In this document: piece by piece, positions 44,434-53,044 of the stretch
How positions within the stretch are numbered: the stretch's first letter is position 1
How the letters are laid out: each line of letters begins with the position of its first letter
Assembly (NCBI GenBank): GCA_963832165.1
Contig: CAWHTE010000002.1
Span: 160,001-224,000 of the forward strand
Length of the DNA stretch: 64,000 nt
Origin: an uncultured delta proteobacterium
Lineage (GTDB): Bacteria; Myxococcota_A; UBA9160; SMWR01
Reading direction: 5' to 3'
Position numbers and translations under genes: made by a program
The notes under the pieces: model-generated
The model's database searches: none
What the model was told of the DNA's origin: nothing
Seen by the model: only the letters and a program-made list of their open reading frames with translations

Positions 44434-45447
44434 TCAGCACGCGGTGTTTCCTCGGTGTTCGCTGCGTCGGCGCAGGCCCGCGAGGGTCAGCGCTCCCGCG
44501 ACGAGCAACACACTCGCGCCGGGCTCGGGCAGACTCACGACGCGAAAGCCCATGATGCTGCCCTCGGCGTCGGGAACGGTGTGACTGCGAGATTCCGCAG
44601 CGAGGTGGGTCGGCTTGACGTTGAAGCTCCCGCCGCGCAGGCCGCGGCTCGCGCCGTCGACGACCGCCTCGTTCCACTCCCAGACGTTGCCGCCCTGGTC
44701 GAGCGTCCCGTTCGGGCTGGCCGCGCCCGGATAGCTGCCCGCCGCGGTCGGATTGCCGACGCCGGGCGTCCCGCCCGCGGAGCCGCAGTTCGCGGTGTTC
44801 GCCGTGGCCGCGGGCGGCGCACACACGGACGCGGTGTTCGCGCCGGCCGGGTAGTCGAAATAGCCCGCACTCGCCGCGTCGTAGTAGGCCGCCTTGTACC
44901 ACTCGGCCTCGCTCGCGAGCGCGACGGTGGCGCCCGCATTGCGCGCGATCGAATTGTTCGCGATGCCCTGCGCAGTGATCGTGTAAGCGCCCGCCTCGGT
45001 CGTCGCCGGGCCCTGCGCGCCGACGGGCTGTCCGTTGTGCAGCCAGTTTGCGAAGCGCAGCCCGTCGTAGAACGACACGTAGTTCACGGGCTGATCCTCG
45101 CGGCCCGTGACCGCCGCGTAGCCGTAGTTTCCCGGGCTGCCGCTGCGAGCGATACCGCCGAAGCCGGCGCCGTTCGAGGCCATTGCAGGGTTGTAGAGCG
45201 CGTTCGGGTCAGCCTTCGCCACCGCGTTCAGGAACGCGGTGTACTGGGCGTTGGTGATCTCGGTGCGCGCGATCCGGTAGGCGCCCGCCACGGCACCGAA
45301 GCAGCCCTGGGGCTGGGCGTCGCAGGCGTTGCCCGCGCCGCCGACGTCCACCCAGTCGACCGCCACCGCCGAGGCGGTCGGAGCCGTCACGAGCGCCGCA
45401 ACCCAGATGGCGGTGCAGAGCAGGAGCGGTCGCGCTGAGCTCTGCAT
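44434..45447 (-). CDS. FGE-sulfatase (SUMF1) domain PEP-CTERM protein
   Basis: TEITNAQY, EAEWYKAA, DQGGNVWEW, RGGS, GFRV, then LPEP-TM-RRR. Confidence 0.9.
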   Translation of the reverse strand: MQSSARPLLLCTAIWVAALVTAPTASAVAVDWVDVGGAGNACDAQPQGCFGAVAGAYRIARTEITNAQYTAFLNAVAKADPNALYNPAMASNGAGFGGIARSGSPGNYGYAAVTGREDQPVNYVSFYDGLRFANWLHNGQPVGAQGPATTEAGAYTITAQGIANNSIARNAGATVALASEAEWYKAAYYDAASAGYFDYPAGANTASVCAPPAATANTANCGSAGGTPGVGNPTAAGSYPGAASPNGTLDQGGNVWEWNEAVVDGASRGLRGGSFNVKPTHLAAESRSHTVPDAEGSIMGFRVVSLPEPGASVLLVAGALTLAGLRRRSEHRGNTAC

Positions 45448-45471
45448 CCGATTTCCCTTTCGCGGCCGGGA

Positions 45472-45499
45472 GAGTAATGATAAGATCATTCTATTACTC
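45472..45499. promoter_or_regulatory. AT-rich palindrome, candidate TetR operator in a divergent promoter
   Basis: GAGTAAT...ATTACTC outer arms, with inner AATGAT-AAG-ATCATT. Confidence 0.7.
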
Positions 45500-45519
45500 C
45501 CATTCGGAAGGACTGTCAA

Positions 45520-46161
45520 TTGGCAAAGCAGGCCGCCAGGCAGGTGCCGCGTGCGAATCGAGACGCCGCGGCCGCGGAGCCGGTGCGCGAACGGATCCTC
45601 GCCGCGTTCTCGGCTCGCGCTAGGCGTGAGGGAATCCGCGCGATTCCGATGGGCGAGCTCGCCTCGGAGCTTCGCATGAGCGCGATGACGCTATACAAAC
45701 ATTTTGCTTCGAAGGACGAACTTGTTGCTGCGATGGTCGACGCGTGGGCGCTCGAGCTCGCCGCGCTCGACGCGCTCGATTGGGACAAGGCCCGGAGCTG
45801 CAGCTCCGCGCTCGAAGTGCTGCTGTCGTGGGCGGACGCCTGGACGGCGAGCCTGTCGCGCGTGAGCCCGACCCTGTTCGCGGATCTGCAGCGCGATCAC
45901 CCGGTGGCCTGGAAGCGCTTCCAGTCCCAGATCGAGCAGCGCAAGCAGATCGCGGCACGACATCTCGCGCCCTACCTGCGCGACGACGTCCATCCGGGCG
46001 TGGCGATCCTGATGCTCGACAGCCTCGTGATGCAGGCCGCCGATCCGGGCTTCATCGAGATGCTGGGCATCTCGCGGCGCGAAGCGGTCCGCAGCGCGCT
46101 CGCGCTCTGGGGCGGCGGTGCGCTTCGCGAGCGCGCGATTCTGCGTCCCGTGAAAGGCTAG
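45520..46161 (+). CDS. TetR/AcrR family regulator
   Basis: RERIL...GI...MGELASELRMSAMTLYKHFASKDEL HTH. Confidence 0.92.
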   Translation: MAKQAARQVPRANRDAAAAEPVRERILAAFSARARREGIRAIPMGELASELRMSAMTLYKHFASKDELVAAMVDAWALELAALDALDWDKARSCSSALEVLLSWADAWTASLSRVSPTLFADLQRDHPVAWKRFQSQIEQRKQIAARHLAPYLRDDVHPGVAILMLDSLVMQAADPGFIEMLGISRREAVRSALALWGGGALRERAILRPVKG

Positions 46162-46184
46162 TCGGGAGAACGGGGGGCTCCGCC

Positions 46185-47309
46185 CTACGCAATCGGCCCC
46201 GCGACCTTTGGCGCCACCTCCTCGACGAGCATCCGCAGCGACTCCTCCCAGCGTTCCTGCTCTCCGGTGAAGTCGTAGAGCACCACGAGCAGCGTGCCGA
46301 AGCCGCCCGTGTCGTGTTGCAGCTGCTGGAGCTTCTCGGTCACCGTCGCGGGCGAGCCCACGAGCCAGTTGCGGTCGACGAGGTAGTCGACGTTCAGCAT
46401 CGAATCCGGCTCGCTCGGATCGTTCTTGAAGTGCGCGCCCATTCCGCTGCCCACGTAGAACGGCAGCAGGTATTCGCCCCAGCAGCGCCCCATCGCGCCG
46501 TCGCGCGCATATGCGCGCGCGCGCGCATCGGTGTCTGCGATGTACACCTCGCGCACGAGGCGCCACTCGCGGCGGTCGGGCACGCGCCCCGTGCGCGCGG
46601 CGCCGCGCAGCACCGAGTCCCAGTGCGACGCCGTGTGCGCCGGGTTGAGCGAGATCGAGAGCGGGAGGAAGCCGCGCTCGCCCGCGAGCTCGAGCGTCTT
46701 CGAGCCCGCGGAGAGGCCGGCGATGCCGATCGGCGGATGTGGAGTCTGGTAGGGCTTCAGGTGGACGCCCAGGAAATCGAGCCACGATGGTCTTCGCTCG
46801 CCTTCGGCTCGCTGCGCGCGACTTGCAGCGGTGTCGAGCCGTCGCACGTTCCAGAATTCTCCGTCGAAGTCGAATGCTCCCTCCTGCCAGAGCCGCAGCA
46901 TGATCTCGAGCGATTCGAGCGTGCGGCGCCGGTTCTCGCCGCCTTCGGCGTCCATGTCGTAGAGCATGAGGTCGCCCGGCAGCGCGCTGATTCCGACGCC
47001 GAGCATGTAGCGGCCACGTGCCATGTGATCGAGATAGGCGACGCGATGCGCGAGCTCGATCGGGTGGTGATAGGGCAAGAGGTGCGCGCCGGGCGCCAGC
47101 ACGATGTGCTCGGTCTCGCGCAGCGCCTGCGCGATCAGCAGATCGGGAGCTGGGCACGGCTCCCAGGGCGCGGTGAAGTGCTCGCCGATCCAGGCCTCGC
47201 GGAAGCCGAGTCCGTCGAGCAGGCGCAGCTGCGCGAGGTCGTAGTCGATGCCTGCGCGGATCCCGCGCTCGGGCGGGTGCGACGGCATGATGAACGCGCC
47301 GAGTTTCAT
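46185..47309 (-). CDS. LLM-class flavin-dependent monooxygenase (limonene/diketocamphane monooxygenase-like)
   Basis: MPSHPP, WIGEHF..WE, LPYHHP, KPYQ.PHPPI, VGSP.TV. Confidence 0.9.
   Translation of the reverse strand: MKLGAFIMPSHPPERGIRAGIDYDLAQLRLLDGLGFREAWIGEHFTAPWEPCPAPDLLIAQALRETEHIVLAPGAHLLPYHHPIELAHRVAYLDHMARGRYMLGVGISALPGDLMLYDMDAEGGENRRRTLESLEIMLRLWQEGAFDFDGEFWNVRRLDTAASRAQRAEGERRPSWLDFLGVHLKPYQTPHPPIGIAGLSAGSKTLELAGERGFLPLSISLNPAHTASHWDSVLRGAARTGRVPDRREWRLVREVYIADTDARARAYARDGAMGRCWGEYLLPFYVGSGMGAHFKNDPSEPDSMLNVDYLVDRNWLVGSPATVTEKLQQLQHDTGGFGTLLVVLYDFTGEQERWEESLRMLVEEVAPKVAGPIA
46788..46826 (-). repeat. GNA mini-hairpin element, full 39-bp copy in frame inside the LLM gene
   Basis: Exactly 13 codons, ASRAQRAEGERRP; 37/39 identical to 32832-32870. 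Confidence 0.9.
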
Positions 47310-48517
47310 GCACGACTCCCTGTGTTCAAGCGAACGTCCGTGACCCCGAACAGGAAGCGCCGCGCACCGAGGCCGATCACGAGCGGAAGGATGCCCGCGC
47401 GCGCAAGCGCGGGCACCACCCGGTTCACGAAAAAGCGCGCAGGCGCAGAGCGCTGGAACATGAAGCGCGGCGGTACCCGTTGCAGACGCTGGACCACGCG
47501 CACCTCGGGCAGGCGCTCGCGGTTGATGCGCTCGCATGCCTCGAGCACCGCGCGCGCGTCCCCGGGGCCGGCCGCGAGCGGTGCGAGGTGGTTGGCGGCC
47601 ACCAGCGCATCGCGCAGCGCGATGTTGATGCCCTGCGCGCCGACGGGTGACATCGGGTGGGCCGCGTCGCCGAGCAGCAGCAGCCCGGGCGCGCACCACT
47701 GCTCGAGGTGATCGCACACGACGTCGAGCAGGAAGAAGTCACCGACCGCGTCGCGGTGCGCCTCGAGATGCTGCGCGAGATCCGGCGAAACCGTGCGCGC
47801 GAGCTCGCCGAGCCAGTCGCTGATCCCGCGCCGACGCAGCTCGCCGAACGTGCCCTTCTCGATCACCCAGCCGATCTGGAGCCGGCCGTCGGGTGCGGGC
47901 AGCGCGATCGCGAAATGTCCCTGTCCCAGATACAAGCGGGCCTGCTGCGCGTGATCCTGCAGCGGCGGCACCCGACACCAGACGACGTCGAAGATCTGGG
48001 CCTCGCTCTTGCGGTCGAGCGGCGAATGCTTGCGCGTGGCCGAGGCGCGTCCGTCGGCGCCGATCACCCAGTCGGCCTCGACTTCGCGCGGGCCGCTCGG
48101 CGAGTCGCCGCGCACACCGACGACGACGCCGTCGCGGGTCAGGAGGTCGCGCACGGTGAAGCCGCGCTCGAGCCGGAATCCGGGCCACTTGCCCGACTCG
48201 TGTACGAGCATCTCGAGCAGCGCGGGCTGCGACACCACGCGCGGACCGCCGCCACCCGCGAGCGGCAGCTCGAAGAGCGGGCGCGCGCCCTGATAGAGCG
48301 CGATCCGCGCGACGCTGCGCTGCGGCAGAGCTTCGAGCGCGCTGCCGAGGCCCATCTGCGCGATCGCGTCGAGCCCGCTCGGCATGAGCACCTCGCCGCG
48401 GAACTCTCGCGCGAAATCGGTCTGGCGCTCGAGCAACGTCACCTGACCGCCGGCCCGCGCGAGCAGGTAGCCGAGCGCCGCACCGGCGGGACCCGCACCG
48501 ACGATCGCGAAATGCAC
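47306..48517 (-). CDS. FAD-dependent oxidoreductase (UbiH-like monooxygenase family)
   Basis: GAGPAG, GADG, GDAAHPMSPVGAQGINIALRDA. Confidence 0.9.
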   Translation of the reverse strand: MHFAIVGAGPAGAALGYLLARAGGQVTLLERQTDFAREFRGEVLMPSGLDAIAQMGLGSALEALPQRSVARIALYQGARPLFELPLAGGGGPRVVSQPALLEMLVHESGKWPGFRLERGFTVRDLLTRDGVVVGVRGDSPSGPREVEADWVIGADGRASATRKHSPLDRKSEAQIFDVVWCRVPPLQDHAQQARLYLGQGHFAIALPAPDGRLQIGWVIEKGTFGELRRRGISDWLGELARTVSPDLAQHLEAHRDAVGDFFLLDVVCDHLEQWCAPGLLLLGDAAHPMSPVGAQGINIALRDALVAANHLAPLAAGPGDARAVLEACERINRERLPEVRVVQRLQRVPPRFMFQRSAPARFFVNRVVPALARAGILPLVIGLGARRFLFGVTDVRLNTGSRA

Positions 48518-48527
48518 GATCCGGAGT

Positions 48528-49814
48528 CTACGCGAGCAGCCTCGCGTAGTCCGCCTCGACTTGCGCGAGGTCGAGCCGCTCGAGGAAGCTGCTGTAGGCG
48601 AGCCACGCGGAAAGACCGTTCAGGTCAGCGACCGGAGGCGGCAGGTAGAGCGGCGGCACCACGAGCCGTTGCTCGACGAGGTCCGAGAGCGTGCCGACGT
48701 CTTCGAGCGTGAGCTTTCCGCAGAACAGGAGCGGGATCCGGTCGAGTCTGCCGCGCCGCACGGCGATCTGCATGAAGCAGTAGATCGCCACGAAGCCCTT
48801 GTGATAGGCGAGGTCCTTCGTGAACGGGCTCGCGGTAGGAGTGCTGCCGCGGAACACGCGCACCGAAGTGGTGTACGCCTCGTCGCGCGTGCGCCCGCGC
48901 GCGATCAGTGCGTCGAACACCTCGACGAAGTTTGCGCCCGATTCGGCGAGCGAGATCGCGTGGACGCGGTCGGTGATCCGGCGCAGCCGCGTCGGGTGCG
49001 AGACACCGGCGAGAATCTCGACGAGCAGCGCGAGGCCCTCCTGCGTGATCGTCGTCGACGGCGTGCCCTTGGCCAGGAACGTGCAGAACGGCTGGCGCTG
49101 GCCGTTGAGCGTGGTGCCCACGTGCACCCAGCCCTCGTGCGCCTCGAGCACGCGCAGGTCGCGCTCGCTGAACCGAACGTCCTTTCGCAGCTTGATGTAG
49201 TCGGAGCCCGCCGCGGCGTCGGCCACGATGCCGTCGCTCTCCGTCACGCGCACGCGGGACCCGGGCTCGGAGAAGATCCGATCGAGTCGTTCCTGGAGCC
49301 TTGCCACCGCATCAGCGGTGGGGATGTCGTGCGAGGTGCGGTCGAAGAACGCGCTCTCGTCGATTGTGCGCAGCGCCTGGTCGAGCGACGCGGCGAGATC
49401 GGTGATCGACGGGCCGCCCGCGTGGAACGCGTCCGAGGCGCTTCCGTAGAGGTGTCTCGAGATCTCGCCGAAGCTGCTCGTGCCGCGCGCTCCGATCAGC
49501 TCGATCACCTCGAGATACTCGTCGCACATCCGGTGCATCAGCCGGCCGGCCGGGTTGGCGCGGCCGAGCTGGGCCGCGATGTCGCGCTGGATGTCCCGGA
49601 ACGCGGTGCGCGCGTCGGCCGGATCGAACGCGAGTGGTGTGCGCTGGTAGTAGTCGGCGTCGACCTTCGGAAGCTCGCGACAGTCCGATGCGTAGAATGC
49701 AGTCTGGACGTCCTCGCCCCACTTGATCGCGTCGAGCACGCGGATGCCCCGCTGGGCTGCGACGACGCGCTCCGAGAGCGCGCGCACGCGATCGGCATAG
49801 CTGGGCTCGTCCAT
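48528..49814 (-). CDS. QEGLA-motif / DUF1704 metallopeptidase-like protein
   Basis: HEGWVH, TQEGLA, RVFRG, FTKDL.Y. Confidence 0.88.
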   Translation of the reverse strand: MDEPSYADRVRALSERVVAAQRGIRVLDAIKWGEDVQTAFYASDCRELPKVDADYYQRTPLAFDPADARTAFRDIQRDIAAQLGRANPAGRLMHRMCDEYLEVIELIGARGTSSFGEISRHLYGSASDAFHAGGPSITDLAASLDQALRTIDESAFFDRTSHDIPTADAVARLQERLDRIFSEPGSRVRVTESDGIVADAAAGSDYIKLRKDVRFSERDLRVLEAHEGWVHVGTTLNGQRQPFCTFLAKGTPSTTITQEGLALLVEILAGVSHPTRLRRITDRVHAISLAESGANFVEVFDALIARGRTRDEAYTTSVRVFRGSTPTASPFTKDLAYHKGFVAIYCFMQIAVRRGRLDRIPLLFCGKLTLEDVGTLSDLVEQRLVVPPLYLPPPVADLNGLSAWLAYSSFLERLDLAQVEADYARLLA

Positions 49815-49824
49815 GCTCCCCGGC

Positions 49825-50220
49825 TTAGCAAGCTTCGACGATCAGCGTAAGCCCCCGCACTTCGCACACGTGCACGTGCGCGCCCGCGTCGATCGCCGCG
49901 CATCCCGGGGCGAGCTCGGCGCGCCAGAGCTCGGCGCCCACACGCACGTAGCCCTCTGGATCGATCCGCTCGCGCGCGATCCCCGTGCGGCCCACGAGCA
50001 GCGTGGCCGCCGAGGGGTCGCTCACGGCGTAGGCGTCGCGCAGCCACGGATAGAGCGCAAAATCCTTGATCACGAACAGCGTCCAGCCGAGTGCGGCGAG
50101 CCACGGCGCGATGCCGGCCTTCGCGGTGAGCCACCACGCCACGACCGCCGCGAGCACCCAGCCGGGCGTCTCGAGCGCCACATAGCGCACGAAGGTCCGC
50201 TGCCAGAATCTGCGGACCAC
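49825..50220 (-). CDS. NfeD-like membrane protein with C-terminal OB fold
   Basis: Two TM helices then LVGRTG...GYVRVGAELWRA...GLTLIVE. Confidence 0.8.
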   Translation of the reverse strand: MVRRFWQRTFVRYVALETPGWVLAAVVAWWLTAKAGIAPWLAALGWTLFVIKDFALYPWLRDAYAVSDPSAATLLVGRTGIARERIDPEGYVRVGAELWRAELAPGCAAIDAGAHVHVCEVRGLTLIVEAC

Positions 50221-50224
50221 GGCG

Positions 50225-50725
50225 CTAGCTCCGGTAGCTGACGCCCGTGATCTCGAACACGGCGTCGCCCTTCGGGCGCCGCACGGTGACCTCGTCGCCG
50301 CGGCATTTGCCGAGCAGCGCTTGTCCGAGCGGCGAGTCCATGCTGATCCGACCGGTCTCGACGTCGAATTCGTCGGGTCCGACGATCTGGTATTCGATGC
50401 GCTGGCCGTCCCCGTCCGCGAGCTGGACCCAGGCGCCGAAGCGCACGACGCCGTCGCCCAGATCCTCGGGTGCGATCACGCGCAGCTCCTCGAGGCGCTG
50501 GCTCAGGAACTCGAGGCGGCTGTCGATCTCGCGCAGGCGGCGTTTGCCGTAGATGTATTCGGCGTTCTCGGAGCGATCTCCCTGCGCCGCCGCCTCGCCG
50601 ACTTCACGCGTGACGCGTGGCCGCTCGACCGACCACAGCCGCTGATATTCCAGCTCGAGGCGCTGACGACCCGCAGCCGTGATGCAGGGCGAGCGCGGCG
50701 CGCGCGGTGTCGGGCGGCGGCTCAT
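50225..50725 (-). CDS. greB: Transcription elongation factor GreB
   Basis: ERP.VT..V..AAAQGDRSENAEYIYGKRRLREID, IVGPDE, ISMDSPLG. Confidence 0.94.
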   Translation of the reverse strand: MSRRPTPRAPRSPCITAAGRQRLELEYQRLWSVERPRVTREVGEAAAQGDRSENAEYIYGKRRLREIDSRLEFLSQRLEELRVIAPEDLGDGVVRFGAWVQLADGDGQRIEYQIVGPDEFDVETGRISMDSPLGQALLGKCRGDEVTVRRPKGDAVFEITGVSYRS

Positions 50726-50789
50726 GGGTGCCCGAGCGTACCGGAACCGCGCCGCGAGCGCGTACACTGCGCTGCGATCGGAGGCGCGC

Positions 50790-51392
50790 GTGAAGCTCTA
50801 CGACTACCTCGAGTCCGGCAACGGCTACAAGGTACGCCTGCTGCTGAACCAGCTCGACGTCCCGTACCAGCGCATCGAGGTCGACATCAATGCAGGTGCC
50901 ACGCGCACGCCCGACTTCCTCGCGATGAACCGCAACGGGCGGATCCCGCTGCTCGTGCTCGACGATGGCACCGCGCTCGCGGAGTCGAACGCGATCCAGT
51001 TCTACCTGGCCGAGGGCACGCGGCTCATGCCCGCGGGCCGCGTCGAGCGCGCCCAGGTGCTGCAGTGGATGTTCTTCGAGCAGTACAGCCACGAGCCGTA
51101 CATCGCGGTCGTGCGCGCGTGGTGTCACTGGCCGCAGCGCGCGCCGGCCGATCCGAACGAGCTCGCCGCACGCCGCGCGCGCGGCTACGACGCGCTCGCG
51201 GTGATGGAGGATCACCTCCACGTGCGCGACTTCTTCGCGGCGGGCCGGTACACGATCGCGGACATCGCGCTCTACGCCTACACGCACGTCGCGCACGAGG
51301 GCGGCTTCGATCTCGAGCCCTATCCGGCCGTCCGCTCGTGGCTCGACCGCGTGCGCAGCCAGTCGCGCCACATCCCGATCACACAGGGCTGA
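50790..51392 (+). CDS. Glutathione S-transferase family protein
   Basis: SGNGYKVRL, GRIP, ESNAI, FFEQYSHEP, TIADIALY. Confidence 0.93.
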   Translation: MKLYDYLESGNGYKVRLLLNQLDVPYQRIEVDINAGATRTPDFLAMNRNGRIPLLVLDDGTALAESNAIQFYLAEGTRLMPAGRVERAQVLQWMFFEQYSHEPYIAVVRAWCHWPQRAPADPNELAARRARGYDALAVMEDHLHVRDFFAAGRYTIADIALYAYTHVAHEGGFDLEPYPAVRSWLDRVRSQSRHIPITQG

Positions 51393-51444
51393 GCCCGGTC
51401 CGCGCCGATCAAGCCGGGGCCGCGGATTTTCGATACGACCCCCC

Positions 51445-52050
51445 ATGAGCCGTTTGCTGCGTCTGATCCCGATCCTGCTCCTGGCCGGCGTAGTCGCCGC
51501 GTTCAAGGTCCTGCCGTGGTGGGGCAGCGTGGCTCTGCTGGTCGGGCTCGGGCTGTGCGTGAAGCTGTTTGCGTGGCGCCTGCTGAAGGGCCTCATGCTG
51601 GGTGCCTTCCGGGCCAAGGGCGCTGCGCTCGCGGGGGCCGACGCCACGCTGCACGCGATTACGCACGCCACGCCGCCCAAGCCGGGCGCGGACGACTCCC
51701 AGGACGACGAAATGGAGACGTCCGGCACCCTGCGCTGGGTCCACATCGATCTGACGGTTCACGTGCCCGAGAACAACTCGAGCAAGACGCCGTTCCGGCT
51801 CTGGGACGCCGGCGAGCTCAGCATCGTCCCCGTCGACGCGAAGGCCGGTCCGCCCGAAGACGAGGACTCGCTGGGTACGATCGCGGGCGTCGAGCTCTTC
51901 CGCGACGGGAGCTGGGTGACGCTCGACGAGAAGCTCGAGGGCAGTCAGCGCATCCGGCTGCACGCCGGGATGAAGCCGGACGTGCAGTACTTCAAGCTCC
52001 GCTACTACTTCGAGATCGTCGAGAACCGCGCCACCGTCCGGCGCAGCTGA
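51445..52050 (+). CDS. Hypothetical membrane-anchored protein
   Basis: Two N-terminal TM helices and a beta-rich acidic domain; coding-like codon usage. Confidence 0.65.
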   Translation: MSRLLRLIPILLLAGVVAAFKVLPWWGSVALLVGLGLCVKLFAWRLLKGLMLGAFRAKGAALAGADATLHAITHATPPKPGADDSQDDEMETSGTLRWVHIDLTVHVPENNSSKTPFRLWDAGELSIVPVDAKAGPPEDEDSLGTIAGVELFRDGSWVTLDEKLEGSQRIRLHAGMKPDVQYFKLRYYFEIVENRATVRRS

Positions 52051-52068
52051 GCGCCCGATCCAACAGGC

Positions 52069-52908
52069 TCAGCTCGCGCGGTCTCCCTGCTCGGCGAACT
52101 GCGGCCGATAGCGCCCGTAGATGTGGTCGCCGATGCGATGCAGGCGCTTGAGCTCGTCGGGAGCCAGCGGTCCGGCCTCGAGCGCGCGCAGCGCCTCCTG
52201 CATCTGATCGCGGTTCTTGGGTCCGCACAACACCATGTCGACGTCCGGATGGGAGAGCGCGAAGCGGTAGCAATCGCGCGCGGGAGGGGGTGCCTCACCC
52301 GCGGGCATCTTGGCCGGATCGCACAGATGTCCCCAACGCGTCGCGGTGTAGGCGACGATGCCGGGGCGGCGCTCGGGCAGATGGGGGAACACATCCTGCT
52401 CCGCGCCGCGGTGGACCGCGTTGTAGCGCAGCATGAAGGCGTCGTAGGGGCTCTCTCCGCGCTCGAAGTCCTCGAAGTGGCCCTGGAGCGAGGGGCGGTT
52501 GTGGGTGCTCATCATGAGGTGGCGCACGAGCCCGCGCGCCTTCAAACGCTGGGCGGCCTCGACGAGCGAGGGTCCCGGCGGCCGGTTCCACATGCCGAGC
52601 AGCAGGAAGTCGAAGTAGGCCAGGCCCGTGCGGCGCAGCGCGATCTCGACCGAGGGCGCCATGAGCGCCGCCACGCGCGTGTAGGACTGCACCGTCACCA
52701 CGACCCGGTCGCGGTCGCGGCGCGCGACGTTGCGGATCGCGCGTCCGAACGCGGTGCGGCGCAGCGACCCCCAGTAGAGGTAGTTGATCCCCTGATCGAC
52801 GGCCTCTTCGATGACACTTTCGTCGGTCGTGAAGCTGCTGCCGATTCCGAGGCGCGACGCGCGCAGACCGGTCTGGCCCAGGACGATCGGATTGTGGAAA
52901 TCGGGCAC
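52069..52908 (-). CDS. Aldo/keto reductase family protein
   Basis: LGQTGL..SRLG, GINY, G.VR..MMSTH, RYN, RFALSHP.V. Confidence 0.82.
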   Translation of the reverse strand: MPDFHNPIVLGQTGLRASRLGIGSSFTTDESVIEEAVDQGINYLYWGSLRRTAFGRAIRNVARRDRDRVVVTVQSYTRVAALMAPSVEIALRRTGLAYFDFLLLGMWNRPPGPSLVEAAQRLKARGLVRHLMMSTHNRPSLQGHFEDFERGESPYDAFMLRYNAVHRGAEQDVFPHLPERRPGIVAYTATRWGHLCDPAKMPAGEAPPPARDCYRFALSHPDVDMVLCGPKNRDQMQEALRALEAGPLAPDELKRLHRIGDHIYGRYRPQFAEQGDRAS

Positions 52909-53044
52909 GGCTTGCCTCCTCGGCGGATTCTCCCGCGTACTGCGCCATCGCGAAAGCGGAATCGTGCACCGGCCGGGCCGGACCGCGGCTTTGCGGTTGA
53001 CCGGCCGCTTGCAGGGCTGCGATCCTCGCCCCCACGAGGTGCCC

